Origin: the human T2T-CHM13v2.0 reference genome, Homo sapiens
Assembly (NCBI RefSeq): GCF_009914755.1
Contig: NC_060926.1
Reading direction: 5' to 3' (one strand)
DNA length: 64,000 nucleotides
Shown: piece by piece, positions 11,740 through 27,560 of the stretch
How the letters are laid out: the number at the start of each line of letters is the position of its first letter
How positions within the stretch are numbered: the stretch's first letter is position 1
The notes under the pieces: generated by a model
What the model was told of the DNA's origin: nothing
Seen by the model: only the letters and a program-made list of their open reading frames with translations
The model's database searches: none
Position numbers and translations under genes: made by a program

Positions 11740-12521
11740 TGTCACCTTCCAGTGCTGAGAGTCATCTTTGAGTTCTCCATTTCACTCCCTACACTCCAAT
11801 TTAGCTGCAGTTCTCTTGGCCAGTCCTATGAAATACATCCATGGCCTAACGACTTCTCACCACTACTACCACTCATCCTGACAGCATTCTCACCTAAGTC
11901 ACTACCTTTTTTCTCTGGATTAGAGTAGCCTCCCAATTTATTTGCTCACATAACCTATTTATTCTACACAGTGCACCAGATACACCCCTTTGAAATGCAA
12001 ACACAATCATGTTATTCTCTGGTGAAATTATCTCATATATTCCTATCGCATTTAAAATTAATTCAGAATCATCCCATGATTATCAAAACCCTACATGCTC
12101 TTCCACAACATGGTTTACTTCCAAGATATCTCTTCAACTTTTTTTTTCACTCTACTGAATTGGTGACTAATAGTCATATTTTTGCTTTTGCTCAAAAAGT
12201 CTTGACTTGTAAATTTTTCAGTTTCTCCTTTATCCACAGGTAACTCTTTCCTCATAAGGTGAATTGCTTGCTTCCTTGAGTTCTGCTCTCAAAGATACCC
12301 TTCATTTTCTACCTAATATTAATAACTTTAATCATTCATTATTCCATTACTATGCTCTACAGTGTATACAATTTCTGTTCTTTGTCATGTTATTAACTAA
12401 ATTATTTATTTGGTCCAGTAACGCATTCCATAAATATTGTGCACATAAAAATTGTGTTATTTTTATTCCTGTATGCTCAGCTGCCCAATAACAGTCTGAT
12501 GATTAACATATTTGTTGAATG
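11740..12521 (+). mobile_element. L2 LINE 3' portion
   Basis: Degenerate L2 motifs (acttctcaccactactaccac...attctacacagtgcaccaga...ttgaaatgcaaacacaatcatgtta) ending in the L2 terminus atatttgttgaatg. Confidence 0.65.
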
Positions 12522-12854
12522 CACAAATACATTCTTTCACAAATATTAGTTTAATAATTTCATATTAAACTCCCTCTATACTTACAATATGAATTAGATA
12601 ATTCAGAATAAACATTCCAGTGGAAAAAACTAAACAATTTGTTATAAAACATCCTTAAAAGCATCAGAAAGTTAATACAGCAATGAAGAATTACAGGACC
12701 AAATTAAGAATGGTATGAAAGCCTGTTGGTGACGCTTATGTTTGGGTTATCTCTTTACTTAGAGTGACTATAAATCTCAAAAGAGAACTAAAGGGAGAAA
12801 TAACCGTATCTACTAACAGGGTAAGGGTACTTAAACATCTCTTAGTAATTGAGA

Positions 12855-13000
12855 AAATTGAAAGAAAAGAAAAAAGAGAAAGGGAGAAAGAGAAACAGCG
12901 AAAGGGATAATGAAGGCGAGAAAGAAGAAGACAAAGGAAGAGGAAGAAAAGTAAAGAGGAGGGGGAAGGAGGAAGGAAGAAAGGTGAAAAGAAAGAAGGG
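12855..13000. repeat. GA-rich low-complexity tract
   Basis: Nearly pure purine run (aaagaaaagaaaaaagagaaagggagaaag...). Confidence 0.85.
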
Positions 13001-13049
13001 TAAACTTTTTAATAACATAATTTATCCTTCTAGAATATGAATGTTGGTC

Positions 13050-14560
13050 TATTTGATGATGTCCCACAGATTCATTAGTCTCTGCTCATTGTTTATTTTT
13101 TATTCTTTCTGTTTCTCAGAGTCAGTATTTTCCATTATCTTCTCTTCAAGTTCATGGCTTCTTCTGTGTGTGCAAATAGACTCTTAAATCCCTCTGGTGA
13201 TTTTGAAATTTTTATCATTGTAGTTTTCCATTCCAGAATTTCTGTTATCTCTTTGCTGATATTCCTGCTTTTTAATATTTTTTTCTGATTCCTTTATTTC
13301 TTTGATTATGTTTTCCTTTTGACATTTGAGTATAATGAAGAGAGTTGTTTTAAAGTCTTTGTCTAGTAAGTTTGATGTCTGGGTTTCCTTAGGGATATTT
13401 TCTGTCAATTTATTTTGTTCCTTTGAATGAGCCACACTTTCCCATTCTTTGTATGCCTTGTAACGTTTTTTGAAAACTGGACATTCTAATAACTATAATT
13501 ACTAAGTGGTTACTCTGCAAATCGAACACCCCCTACAAACACAGTAATGTTTTGTGGTTTTAAATTTTCTTTACTTATTATATTGTTAAGGATTTTTTTT
13601 TTTTTTAGTGAAATTTTCCAAAGTGATTTACAAAACTGTTTGCTTTATAAGGTGTGGTCACCGAAGTCTTTTTGTTTCCTTAACAAATGTTAAGCTAATG
13701 TTTTGACAGTGATTTTCTTGTATGTCAGGAACCAATCAAACAGGCAAATACAAGAAAAACAAAAAGGAAAACAAGTAATCATTGTCCAGCAAAATATGTC
13801 TCTAGGCCATGCAGACTGGCTTTGTGCTGGGTTCTTTAAAGCCGGCACAAAGTGTGTGTTCACTCTTGCACTGAGTGAAGTTCAAGTTCACTCTTGCACA
13901 GAGCTTGCACTGAGGGGAGGGATCGGCCAAGGTGAAAGTGTAGGGTCTTCTTATGACATTTGTCAGCATGTGGCTTAACCTATGAATACATGTGACTTTC
14001 CAGACTCTCCCATGTACGTGAATGATTTTGTGTGTCTTTTTTTGAAATACGCTTCTCCACCTTTTCTTACTGTGCTGAAGGTGATCTACTATATGCGTAA
14101 ACTTTAATTTTTGCCCTAAGCATCTGTGGTTTGTTAAGTCTCCTTGCAGAGTTTCTTAATAATGTCCATTCCTTATCTGTTCTGTATTCAAGCAACACAG
14201 AAAAAAAAGCCTTTCATGAGTCCTTTAGGTATCCCCCAGACCAGTCAGAACAGACACATAATAACTTGCGGGTAAGATCTTCTCTTGTTCCTTTGGACCA
14301 TGGACCAGGCTTCCTCACTGGGAACGTGGGCTTCTGACACTTCAAAACTGCCAATTTGCTGGGGCAAAGACAAGTTTAAAATGTCGTAAAGTTTTCCAGT
14401 TGTCTTTTTCTTGAGTCTGCTTTCACTTGGTTGTTGTAATCTTTTGACCATTTTCCAGAGTTTTGGCAAAGTTTGTTCGGACAGTTTCTCTTAGTTGTGT
14501 GATGTTTCTGTGGGGAAATGACAGATTGCAGCTGTCTCCACTGCCATTTTGCTGATGCTC
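13050..14560 (-). mobile_element. Ancient L1M 5'UTR/ORF1 fragment
   Basis: ORF 13184..13435(-) MAHSKEQNKLTENIPKETQTSNLLDKDFKTT resembles the N-terminus of old mammalian L1 ORF1; flanks have the T-rich antisense L1M pattern. Confidence 0.7.
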
Positions 14561-14609
14561 CTCTTTTGTCAATTTTTGCTTCATGTTATTATGCTTTGTT
14601 ATTAGTTCA

Positions 14610-15034
14610 TGTATTAGTTTTCTAGGGCTGCCATAACCAACTAACACAAACTGAGTGCCTTGAACAGCATACATTTATAGTCTTATAGTCCTGGAAGCTA
14701 AAAGTCTGAGATTGAGGTGTCAGCAGGGATGGTCCCTTCAAGGGCTATGAGAGAAAGCCTGTTCTGTGCCTTGTTTCTCGCTTCTGGTGGTTTAGTGGCA
14801 GTCTTTGGCATTCCTTGGCTAATCTCTGCCCTCATAATCACATGGTACTCTCCCTGTGTGTATGTCTCCCTCTACTCAAATTTCTTCTTTTAATAAGGAC
14901 ATCAGTCATATTGAATTCAGGCTCATCTGATTGTATCTTAACTTGATCAGCTGCAAATAACCTATTTCCTAATGAGGTCATATTCAGTGGTTAGAATTTC
15001 AGCATCTATATAGAGGAAACAATTTAGCTCATAT
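14610..15034 (-). mobile_element. MaLR solo LTR (MLT1B/C-like)
   Basis: tgtattagttttctagggctgccataaccaa...tcctggaagctaaaagtctgagattgaggtgtcagcaggg...taataaggacatcagtcatattg...cctatttcctaatgaggtcatattc. Confidence 0.85.
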
Positions 15035-15039
15035 CTGTG

Positions 15040-16500
<1,461 letters not shown>

Positions 16501-16509
16501 ACAAAACAT

Positions 16510-16960
16510 AGGTGCTCAGAAAATAAACATGTGCATGAATATTTACAGCAGTAATATTCATACAGTCAAAAAGTGGAAACAATCCATATGCTTGTTGACT
16601 CATAAAGGGACACCCAATTTTCAGCTATAACGAAGAATGAAGTACTTATATATGGTATAATATTGGTGAAATTTGAAAGCATTATGTTAAGTGCACAAAA
16701 GGACAAATATTACTTGATTTGATTCACATGAAACATCAGGAATTGGCAAATCAATTGGGATATAAATCAGATTAGTGGTCATTAGGGCTCAGGGAAGCAG
16801 AATAGGGTGTAACCACTTTATGCATAATGGGTTTTTGTAAGGGACATGATGAAATTGCCCTGGAACATGGTGAATATACTAAAAGCAAGTGCATTGTATG
16901 CTTTAAAATGGTTGTTATTACTTTTGTATTATGTGATTTTTACCTTAAAAAACAAAAAAG
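16510..16960 (+). mobile_element. L1MB-type 3' end
   Basis: aaaagtggaaacaatcc...aagcattatgttaagtg...attagtggtcattaggg...gtgaatatactaaaa...ctttaaaatggt...atgtgatttttacctt plus an A-rich tail. Confidence 0.7.
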
Positions 16961-17794
16961 AGAAAATAGCCTTACTCTATACATAATAAACTCAAGATAT
17001 GTTACAAATTTACATGTGAAATCCAAAATACTATAATATTTAAGGAATAGCTAAGTAGAATAACACTGAAATTTAACATAATGAAGCATTTCCTTAAAAA
17101 AGGAAAAAGCACAGTAATTAAAAAGGGAAATATATTTAATATTTTTTCTCTCCATTAAGCATGCCATTAACTGAGTAAAAAATCAAGCTGCAATTATGTA
17201 AACTACATTTTCTAAAACCATAAAGAAAAGAAGAAATAAAAAGGTATTTGGGAAAAAAATCCAAAGGTACAGTCAACTACACAAAAAAAGCTTAGTCTCA
17301 TTAATCATTATGAAAATGCAAATGGTAGCTGAAAGAAGATAAAACTACAATTCAAAGACAAAGCCTAAAATTTCAAACCCCCAAAAAGTCTGGGTTTTGG
17401 AGATCTGGGAAGGAATAGGGTTCCTAACCTGACAACAATGAAAGAACCAAACTAACTTCAAAGTCATCACTTTATTTTTATAGCAACGAGGTTGCCAAGA
17501 ACTGAGTCAAAATGTGAGGGAAAACAAGCACCTGCAAGGAGAAAGAGGACAGATGCACTTACATAGGACAGATGCAAATAGACACCACTATGACAAGTAA
17601 AGCTGGAATAATCAATAAATTCCTAAAGCAAAGTGGGGCTGGTGAGATTGGGAGACCGCTGACAGCTGCAGAAGTTGGGAAAGATCCATCATCTTGAAAA
17701 CTTTTTCCCCACAAACCCACTGCGATCTCTCAAGCAATTGGTAAGGAATCCAAGAGAGTCTGTATATGACACAGATCAGGGAGAGCAGAACACT

Positions 17795-18073
17795 TAGGAG
17801 GTGACCAGGTCTTGGGGGCCGAGCCCTTATGAATGGGATTAGTGCCTTTATAAAAGAAGCTCAATGGAGTTCTTGTGTGCCTTCCAATATGTGAGGACAT
17901 AGAAAGAAGGCACCATCTATGAACCAGGAAATTGGCTCTCATCAACACTGAATTTGTGAGCATCTTGGCCTGAGATCTTACAGCCTCAAGAGGTGTGAAA
18001 AAAGAAATATCTGCTGTTTTTTAGTCACCCAGTTTATGTTATTTTGTTAAAAGAGTCCAAACAGACCAAGATA
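17795..18073 (+). mobile_element. MaLR LTR fragment (MLT1A/MSTD-like)
   Basis: gagcccttatgaatgggattagtgcctttataaaaga...gtgaggacatagaaagaaggcaccatctatgaaccagg...ttattttgtta...acagaccaagata. Confidence 0.8.
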
Positions 18074-18249
18074 TCACACTTAATATGTAGGGGAAGGCAA
18101 GAAAAACTGCCACACTTAGAATACTCCTGATGCTGGGAGTATGAAAACAGGAAAAACAAAACAAAACTGCTCTTGAAGGTGAAGGAGGAATATCACTGAG
18201 CTCACCAACACAGCCAGGAAAAGAACAGAAGTGTGAGAATGCTACATTC

Positions 18250-18985
18250 CTGAGACCCTGAGAAAAAGTACCTGCATAAGACTGAGATGAAATTACCTAC
18301 TCTAGTTATGATTGAAATCCCAAAAAGAAAAGAGGGAAAAGTAATGGAGCAAAAGAAATATTTTTCAAAATAACTGCCAAAAATATTCTAAAAGAAGTGA
18401 CAGAAAATCAAACTTCAAATATAGGAAACTCAGAGAATGTCAAATAGAACAAAAAGAAATAAGAATTACATCTTGAAAAATCTTTAAAAAATCAAGTCTA
18501 AGTTTTATATCTTGCTCCAAATATTTAGAGATATAAATAGGTTTTCATCAAGATATGGAGAAAGCCATATCATGGAAACACTAAAATAAAGCTGTGGAAG
18601 GACTACATTGATATTAGACACAACAGAGTTCGGAACAAGCAATAGTATCAGAGATGAGAGATAATAGATAATAGAATAATCCGTTCTCAAGAAGATGTAA
18701 ACATCCTACTAATTAGGGTATGCAGCTAACAACAGAACCTCCAAATACATGAGGTAAAACATGAAAGAAATCAAAGGTGAACTAGAAAAATCCAAAATTA
18801 TATTTACAGACTTCAACACTTTTGTCTTAGTAATGGAAAGACTAGGCACAAACTCAGTAATCATGTGGAAGATAAGAACAACAATATCACCAACAAGACA
18901 TCCAATCTTCAATGGCAGATACTCTTTCAAGTGAAAAAAAAAAAAAACAGTATGGCATATTCTTTAACAAACGCAGAATTTCTAA
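18250..18985 (+). mobile_element. Ancient L1M ORF1/ORF2 fragment
   Basis: A-rich; taacaacagaacctccaaatacatgagg...aaaggtgaactagaaaaatccaaaattata...agacttcaacac resembles degraded L1 endonuclease-region sequence. Confidence 0.55.
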
Positions 18986-18994
18986 TATTTGCGT

Positions 18995-19610
18995 TCTTGC
19001 TTCCTTCTTTCCGTCTTCCTTTCTCTTCCCTTCCCTTGCTTCTTCCTTCCTTTCTTCTTTTCCTCTTCCTTTTCTTTCCTTTTTGCTTTTCCTTTCTTTT
19101 CTTTTTTCTCCTTCCTTCCTTCTTTTCTTCTTTCTTTCTTTCCTCTTATTCTTCCTTCCCTCCTCCCTCCCTTCCTTTCTCCCTCCCTTTTCTTCCTTCT
19201 TTTCTCATATTCTTTCTTTCTTTCTCACGTTCTTGCTTTCTTCCCTTTTTTCTCCCTTCCTCCTGCCCTCCTTTTCTTCCTTCCTCCCTCACTTCCTTTC
19301 CTCTTTTTCCTTCCTTTGCCTCTTTATTTTCTTTGTTTCTTTGTCTTCCTCCCTTTTGCCATTCTCTCTTCCTCCTTTCCTTCCTCCTTTCCTTTCTTTC
19401 TTTCTTTCTTTCTCTCTTTCTCTCTCTCTTTCTCTTTCTTTCTTTCCTTCTTTCTTTCTTGTGTTCATGCTTTCTTTTTTCTCCCTTCCTGCCTTTCTCC
19501 CTTCCTCCCTCCCTCCCTTCCTTCCCTCATTTCCTCCTTCTTTTCTTTCTTCTTTCTTTATTTCCTTCCTTCCTTCTTTTTCTTTCTTTGTTTTCTTTCT
19601 TTCTCTTTAC
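18995..19610. repeat. CT-rich polypyrimidine tract (~600 bp)
   Basis: Mixed ttcc/tttc/ctct units; accounts for the F/L/S/P-rich pseudo-ORFs at 18865-19683. Confidence 0.93.
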
Positions 19611-19697
19611 TACAATTCATATTAGTTTAAAAAAATTAAGAGAGGGAAACAGAAAAATAAAGAACGCTTTAATCTGCAGGTAAATAGATTATGTCTG

Positions 19698-20521
<824 letters not shown>

Positions 20522-21505
20522 TGTAATTGTATCATGAAAATGAGAACCATAATTTACAACTGCTTTTAATACTGCACTTGGATGTTTGAAATCACATACA
20601 TGGAAATGATCTCTATGTGCATGAGGGAGGATAGCAAATTGATGCCAAAATAATGCAAATGCAAATCTTACACTCATTTCTATGTAGGTTTCATTTAATC
20701 TTTGAAATTAAAATGAAATTAAAAGATTGTGATATTTTGATGAAATTAGACCGAAATGAACAATAGCAAAATAAGAACTTACTTATATTCTTTATATGGT
20801 CAATAAAGAAGTGATAGTGGAAAAAAAACAAGATCAAATGAAGGTGATGATTTAGGAAGTTGGAAAGATAGCTGAAACTACAAAATGGTATATAACCAGT
20901 GAACACTTAGACACACTGATTGATGAACTTCAGCTTTTGGCTTGGTGAGAGCATAAAATGAGAGCAGCTGAGGTTTGCAAATTTGTAATCTCCTTGTGGA
21001 AAAACAGGGGAAAACACATCTCAGCCTAATAAGATTTATCTACTAAAGAGTCTAGACTTGATCCATTTGTCCTTGTAATTCAAAAGCTAATTCAAATACT
21101 GATTTGATGTATTGTGTGAACAACCATTGCTGATTATCATCGCATACCTGGCATTCTCTTTTATCTGATATCTAAAATATTGGGTAATTCCTGGACTTTC
21201 TCTTTTCAAACCCAGTACGGATTAATTTGAGTCTTAGAACAGTTGTCTTTGAGAAATTCTTCCCTCTACTGCATCTGTGAATGGGCATAGCATGGTTACG
21301 TACATACTGTCACTCCATAGAACATTTGTTAAATTAAAGCCAAAGTTTAAAGCAAGAGCTTTAACTTACTGGTTTTACTAATGTTTTCCTCCCCAATAGC
21401 CACAACAATATTGATACCCTCACACCTTTTAACATAAAGCTTGGTGTTGTCTATTTTTCAGGTGCTGTCATCTATATGATCTCAGTATTTTAAAAATCAG
21501 CTTCC

Positions 21506-21829
<324 letters not shown>

Positions 21830-23400
21830 CTATGTAAATATGCACAGATGATGTCCATATAGACATAAATAATAATATTTCTGACAATGGGTCCATATGA
21901 TCTTCAAAATCTAAAGTGCCTATCTGTGTAATTGACTGGTTAGTCTCATTAATGAATATAGATTCAATTCTACTTTCTTGTTCTAGATAAATTATATAAT
22001 CTAGCTTTTCATTTCACTTATTTACTGATAACAACAGGAAGAATGACAAGGTATCTATTTTGGAAAATTACTCTGGTAGGAGTAAAGATGAAACAATGAT
22101 AGAATTGCATGGAAAACTAGAAAAAAGTATGGTCTTCTGATATTCTATCACATCACATACTAAAGGCCTCATAAAACTCAGACATATTATCTAAAAATGT
22201 TATTTTCATCATAGGAATGATCAAAGCATGAGACTACAATTGTATTACATTGTGCTTGTATCACAATGTGCTTGTATCACAAGCACAGGTGCTAAAAAGG
22301 AGGGGAAAACATCATTACTGATATTTTCAACGTATGTTTTACCCTCCATCAACATGAACTTCAACTTTATATGATGCAGATTGAAGGAAATCACCCATAA
22401 TTCCATAGAAAGAAGGCCTGTGATATTTTATGGGAAAATAAATAGAGAAAATGCTAACAGAAACCCTATTAAGCATGAAGCTTTATGGAGCAAACACAAA
22501 TCCAGTGGTGAAAGATACACACTCGAGTTCTGTTTGTTGTCTTGGAACAATACGTTTTAGGGGCGACTGGCGGGTGAGGAGAACATACGCGAGTTCACCA
22601 AAAAGAAAAGCTGAATGAGGCAATGCCTCTTCCTGACCATATCTCTTACTCAGATAACGATATAATTTATTGTCCAGTAAAGGGTATATTGAAAAATCAT
22701 ATTAAAAGTCATGGAGTGAAGTTGTCCAGGGAAATCAAGACTTAACAGTCTCACTCTGACAACAATGAACAGGGGGGTTCCCTCGAGATAGACTAGGACA
22801 TGACCCCACACTGGCAGGTAGTAGTACCAGAAAAGAACCCATGGAAAATCTTTACCTTATGCTAGAGGTAGGGACCAGGCTAAAGTGAAAGCCAGACATA
22901 AAATTCTATCTAAAATATATCCACAACTGAAGAAAATATGTGGTGTACAGGCATAGAATGTCTTTACTGGATCATTGAAATAGTAAGATAAATTCAACAT
23001 TTTACATTGTTTTCTTTTACTGCAGTTAGGGCTTGAGGTTTGTCTCTGGAGAGTGACTGTCAATTGGAGCCCTGCCTTTCTGGGGTTCTGGTCAGGGGGT
23101 TGTGGATGCTTAACATGTGCCTTTCATAGGGCACTTCCTTGCCCCAGCAGTGGCCAGGTTCGCATCCCACGACCAGGCCTCCCTCTCACAGAACATCTGT
23201 TGAGACTAGGAGATGCCTGGTGACTGTTGCCTGACCTATGTCCTGTGTATTTCTGACAAGAGCCACTCTCAGAGACCCTGGCTAAGAGGAGAGTTAGGTT
23301 CCAGTGTAGGTCAGATCAGAGACATGGAGGCCACAGGAACAAACATGGGAAATCACAGAAGTAGGTTTATTACTCACAGATCCAGAGAGAAGAGGGTAGC

Positions 23401-23747
23401 TGAGAAGAGGGTTTAGCTGTGTCCCCAGCCAAATCTCATCTTGAATTCCCACATGTTGTGGGAGGGAACAGGTGGGAGGAAATTGAATCGTGGGGGCAGG
23501 TCTTTCCCATGCTGTTCTTCTGATAGTGAATAAGTCTCACAAGATCTGATGGTTTTACAAAGAGGAGTTTCCCTGCACAAGCTCTCTTTTCTTGTCTGCT
23601 GCCATGTGAGACGTGCCTTTCACCTTGCACCATGATTGTGAGGCCTACCCAGCTATGTGGAACTGTGCGTCTATTAAACCTCTTTCTTCTGGAAATTACC
23701 CAGTCTTGGGCATGTCTTTACTGGCGGTGTGAAAATGGACTAATACA
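23401..23747 (+). mobile_element. THE1 (THE1B/C) solo LTR with 5-bp TSD
   Basis: ggtttagctgtgtccccagccaaatctcatcttgaattccc...gtgaataagtctcacaagatctgatggtttta...gaaaatggactaataca; flanked by gtagc at 23396-23400 and 23748-23752. Confidence 0.93.
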
Positions 23748-25139
23748 GTAGCACACCTTACAAGGCTGAACAAAATGGGGAAGATGAGTGGGGAGCTGGA
23801 GAGAGAAAAGGGTCTGTGGGACTCCAGACTTCATTGGGCCCAGAACATTACCCAAATAAGTTTTCCACGGGGCACTAGTCGGTGGGGTGAGTGCCAGCAG
23901 GCACATTTCTTGACTCCCGCTGCAACCGAGCAGGTCGCTCTGGCGTGTGGGGGCTGTCCATGTGCGCTGTGAGGTCTGTGGGGTGAGTCAGGTAGGTTGT
24001 ATCCAACGGTTCCATAGCTGGTAGTCACCAGGAGGAGGCAACTGTGTAGGGTCAATATCTGGGCCAGCCACACTGAGGAACTGTGAGGGTTAGAACTGGA
24101 AATTGTCAAGGGAATCTGAACCCAGCTACCATATGAGAGAGTTCAACTTATGTTCAATGTGAATGCCATGGCAATATTACAAGGTAAGAATTCGCTCCAT
24201 ACGTGCTTGAGGTAAATAGGAGAAACCTAGAATTTATGTAAACAGTGAGAAGATTGGATGCGTTTTCCGTCACATATTTTAATACTAGCAGCATATTATA
24301 TATGTCAATCCATCAGGCATTCAGAAATACATGCTTATGAAAATTTTTTGCACCATCAGACAAAAGACAAGGGTAGAAGACATTTGTAACCCTATAAACA
24401 CTAGTAAATTAAAAACAGAAAGACCTTTATGTCCTAACATATCTGTGTTGTGAAAGGCTGCCCTGTGAAATACGGGATTTCTTAAACATATTTTAAAAAT
24501 CATAGGTGTCAATATTTTTTAGAAATCCATTTAAATTTTCTCTTGCTATTTTACAATGCCTATTTATTTATTTAGTGGCTCTGCTGATTTTGATGAATAT
24601 CCTAAACTTTACATTTTCCTTAAAGGATGTTTTATACAACTTTATGTAAAATGTTTCAGTATCTTCACATTCTCTCCCTGTCCTTTTGTTTTGCTCTTAT
24701 ATGGTGGTTTTGAGTCTTTTTTCTGGCTTTTCAAACCTAGTAAGACTAAGACACTAAAGTAACTTTTCCCGTGGTTTGGTAATGCCTTCTAAAGCACATC
24801 CTAAGCTCTCGTGCATACAGCGGTCTCCTTTGAGCTCTGTGCTTTTGAGATCCCATATACCTAAATTCCAGTACTCCAAATCAGTACTGCTCAGTTTTAG
24901 TTGCTAAGTTTAAAAGTGTATTTTAAAAGCAAGTTAGTTTAGTGCACTCTTGCTTCTTTCTTGACTGCTTGTATATATGTATATTCCTTTAAATGAATCT
25001 TGGAATTTATTTAAAAATTTTAAATTATACTAATGAAACTGTATATTGTTGTGAATTCATAGGTGAATTTGGAAAGAATTTGTCTTTATGATACTAAATC
25101 CTTTTAATCCAAGAATCATATGTGCCTTTATATTTATTC

Positions 25140-25290
25140 CAGTCTATATTTATATCAGAGTAAATATATAGAAATGTAGATACATACAGCTGTAGTTACA
25201 GATACAAATATAGATATAACATGTTAAATCTATATCTATCCCATATAACATATATACATGTTATATGTGTGTGTGTATATATATATGTTT
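25140..25290. repeat. TA/TG-rich low-complexity tract
   Basis: tatatagatataac...gtgtgtgtatatatatatg. Confidence 0.7.
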
Positions 25291-26067
25291 ATGTTGTTAA
25301 AGAGCTCCCTTAAAATTTTTCTTTTCTTTCCTATATAATTTTAGGTCAAGCTTGAATTTTCCTTGTATAAACAAGCAAATATTTATACTAGTTTTAATAC
25401 TGGTGTTTAGACATACTATCTTATTTTAGCATTGAATATTTTCACAATTATTATAAATATTATCTAATATTAATAATGTACCTGTTAAAAATAGTTAAAA
25501 TTTTACCTTTGAATTATTTTATTGTTGAATTTAAATTCCTTTAATATGATAGTAAATTTCTATTTTATGCTTTCTCTATGCATATGCAAATTAATCTATC
25601 CACTTCTCTATCTCTATGTAGTAACACATGAAAATCAGGCCTCTCTTCTTGTAGTGGACATACACATATTTGCATATAGAATATCAGACTCTTTAGAGCA
25701 TTTAAAATCTTTAAAGTCATGAATATTGCCTTTTAATAAATATATTTTAGCATGTACTGAGAATCCCCTATTTATTTTTAATTTGTGCTAATCAACATGA
25801 TTATTAATATTATTGGATTACCAAATTTGGAAACACACTTTCATCTCCAAGGTGGATATTTGTTTTATTTTTTGCCAATTTCTTGTCTTACTCTTTCAAA
25901 TATTGTTGGATATTATTTTTATTTTATTTGGCATTTTAGTATCAACATTGGTAATTGATGTACTCTACATATTTTTTCTTCGATATCTGGTGGGTTTTAT
26001 AATTACTGCTATATTGGATTTGTAGTAGACATTGACAAAAATTATTCCTGTATGTTTTATAGCTGTA

Positions 26068-26617
26068 TGAAGGAAACTAATATATTTTACCCCTAAATAT
26101 ATTTCCTTGATATATTTCAAAATGGCTATTGAGAAGGGCTGGAAATGCTAACATAGCTGCAAAGCTGTCTTGGGGAGATTTGCATTGGTAGAGAATCTGC
26201 CTTGATGCAGCCAGGCTTTCTCTGAGGTCTGCCCCCTTGTCTGGATCTAGGAAAGGTTAACTGAGAGTCTGAGGTCTCCAAAGGTCTGAAAGAAACATTT
26301 TCTGTCCATTCTCTCTGAGGACTGCTCCCAGTGAGGTTCCACCTATGTAATAAGTCCACTCTTGCTAGCCAGGGTCGTTTTCTCACATAACCTTTTTTTT
26401 TTTTTCCCTGTGATCCAAGACCCCATTCTTTCTGTAAACTTCATGTGGTAGATAAGCTTCTGCACGCATCGTGTGTCTGGGTCTTCGTTCTAAGGGCTCC
26501 AGTGTACACACATTGCAGAAACCTGTATGCCTTTTCTACTATGTATCTGCCTCCTATTAGTGATTTTCAGGGAAACTTCAGAAGGCAAAAGGGACATTCT
26601 CCTTTAGCCCATTCTCA
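26068..26617 (+). mobile_element. ERV1 MER34-family solo LTR
   Basis: tgaaggaaactaatatattttacccctaaatatatttccttgatatatttcaaaatggct...gagatttgcattggtagagaatctgcc...gattttcagggaaacttcagaaggcaaaaggga. Confidence 0.82.
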
Positions 26618-27029
26618 GACAAAATCCCCCAACATTTAACTGATTCCTAATAGCTTAAAATCACTTTGAAAAATCCATATATTTATAACCTTTTCTTCCC
26701 TCTATGATTTCTGGTCAGCTTGGGTTTTGTTTTTCATTCCATTTACTTCATCCTCGAAAAGATCTATTTTACGTCTATTTATTCTCATTTATGGACATGG
26801 AGAAAAGAAAATAACTTTCATGTGAGAAATGCAAGTCCTTTTAAATAATCAGGCCCAGAGAGATATTCAAATGAGACGGCAGTTCTGTCCTGCTCCTCTT
26901 TGAGCTGTGTGTTCATCTAGGCTGCTTGCTGTTGCCACAGTAGCTATAAATTAACCAATAACGCCACACCAGACACTATAATCCACACCCAATAATAGTG
27001 TAACAGTGTATAGCCAGTCACTAATAAAT

Positions 27030-27251
27030 GTTATTTCCATAAGCCAATGAGAATTTGTGACAAACCTCTTTGGATCATCCCACTTCTGGACCCTTTTTTG
27101 CCTTTAAGAAACTGCTTGTTGCAAAGCTCCAAAGGGAGTTCATATCCAAGGATACTTGGGTCTGTTTCTTCCAGGCAGCTGTCCTCATCGTGGCTCAAGT
27201 AAACTCTTTGAATTACGTTGTGTGCTTCAGCCCCTTCCACTTAGATTAACA
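27030..27251 (+). mobile_element. ERV1 LTR 3' fragment (MER67/MER31-like)
   Basis: ggcagctgtcctcatcgtggctcaagtaaactctttgaattac...cttcagccccttccacttagattaaca resembles the MER4-group LTR terminus. Confidence 0.6.
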
Positions 27252-27367
27252 ACATGGATTTGTGTCACCATGTACAGCAATTAAAGTGTTTACACTTTTC
27301 CCCTCGAGGGCACTGATGTGTTTTCCTGAGCACTTGGAATAGCTACGTAGTGTTTACTGTCTAGATT

Positions 27368-27560
27368 ATGGTTTCTCAACCTTGGTGCTACTTACCTTTA
27401 GGACCAGAGGATTCTTTGTTGTGGGAGGCTTCCCTAGCAATGCTAGGTGTTTCGTTTGACCTCTACATTTCACACCTCCACCAGTCTTGACATCCCCACA
27501 ATAACCCTAGACATTGACAAATGTCTCCTGGGGAAAACTCTCCACAAGTTGACAGTCAAA
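27368..27560. mobile_element. MER20 hAT DNA-transposon MITE
   Basis: ggtttctcaaccttggtgcta...attctttgttgtgggaggct...agacattgacaaatgtctcctgggga. Confidence 0.8.

Noticed and set aside
18865-19683. Hydrophobic membrane-protein-like ORFs (272, 237, 213 aa)
   Set aside because: They are translations of the CT-rich tract in all three frames.
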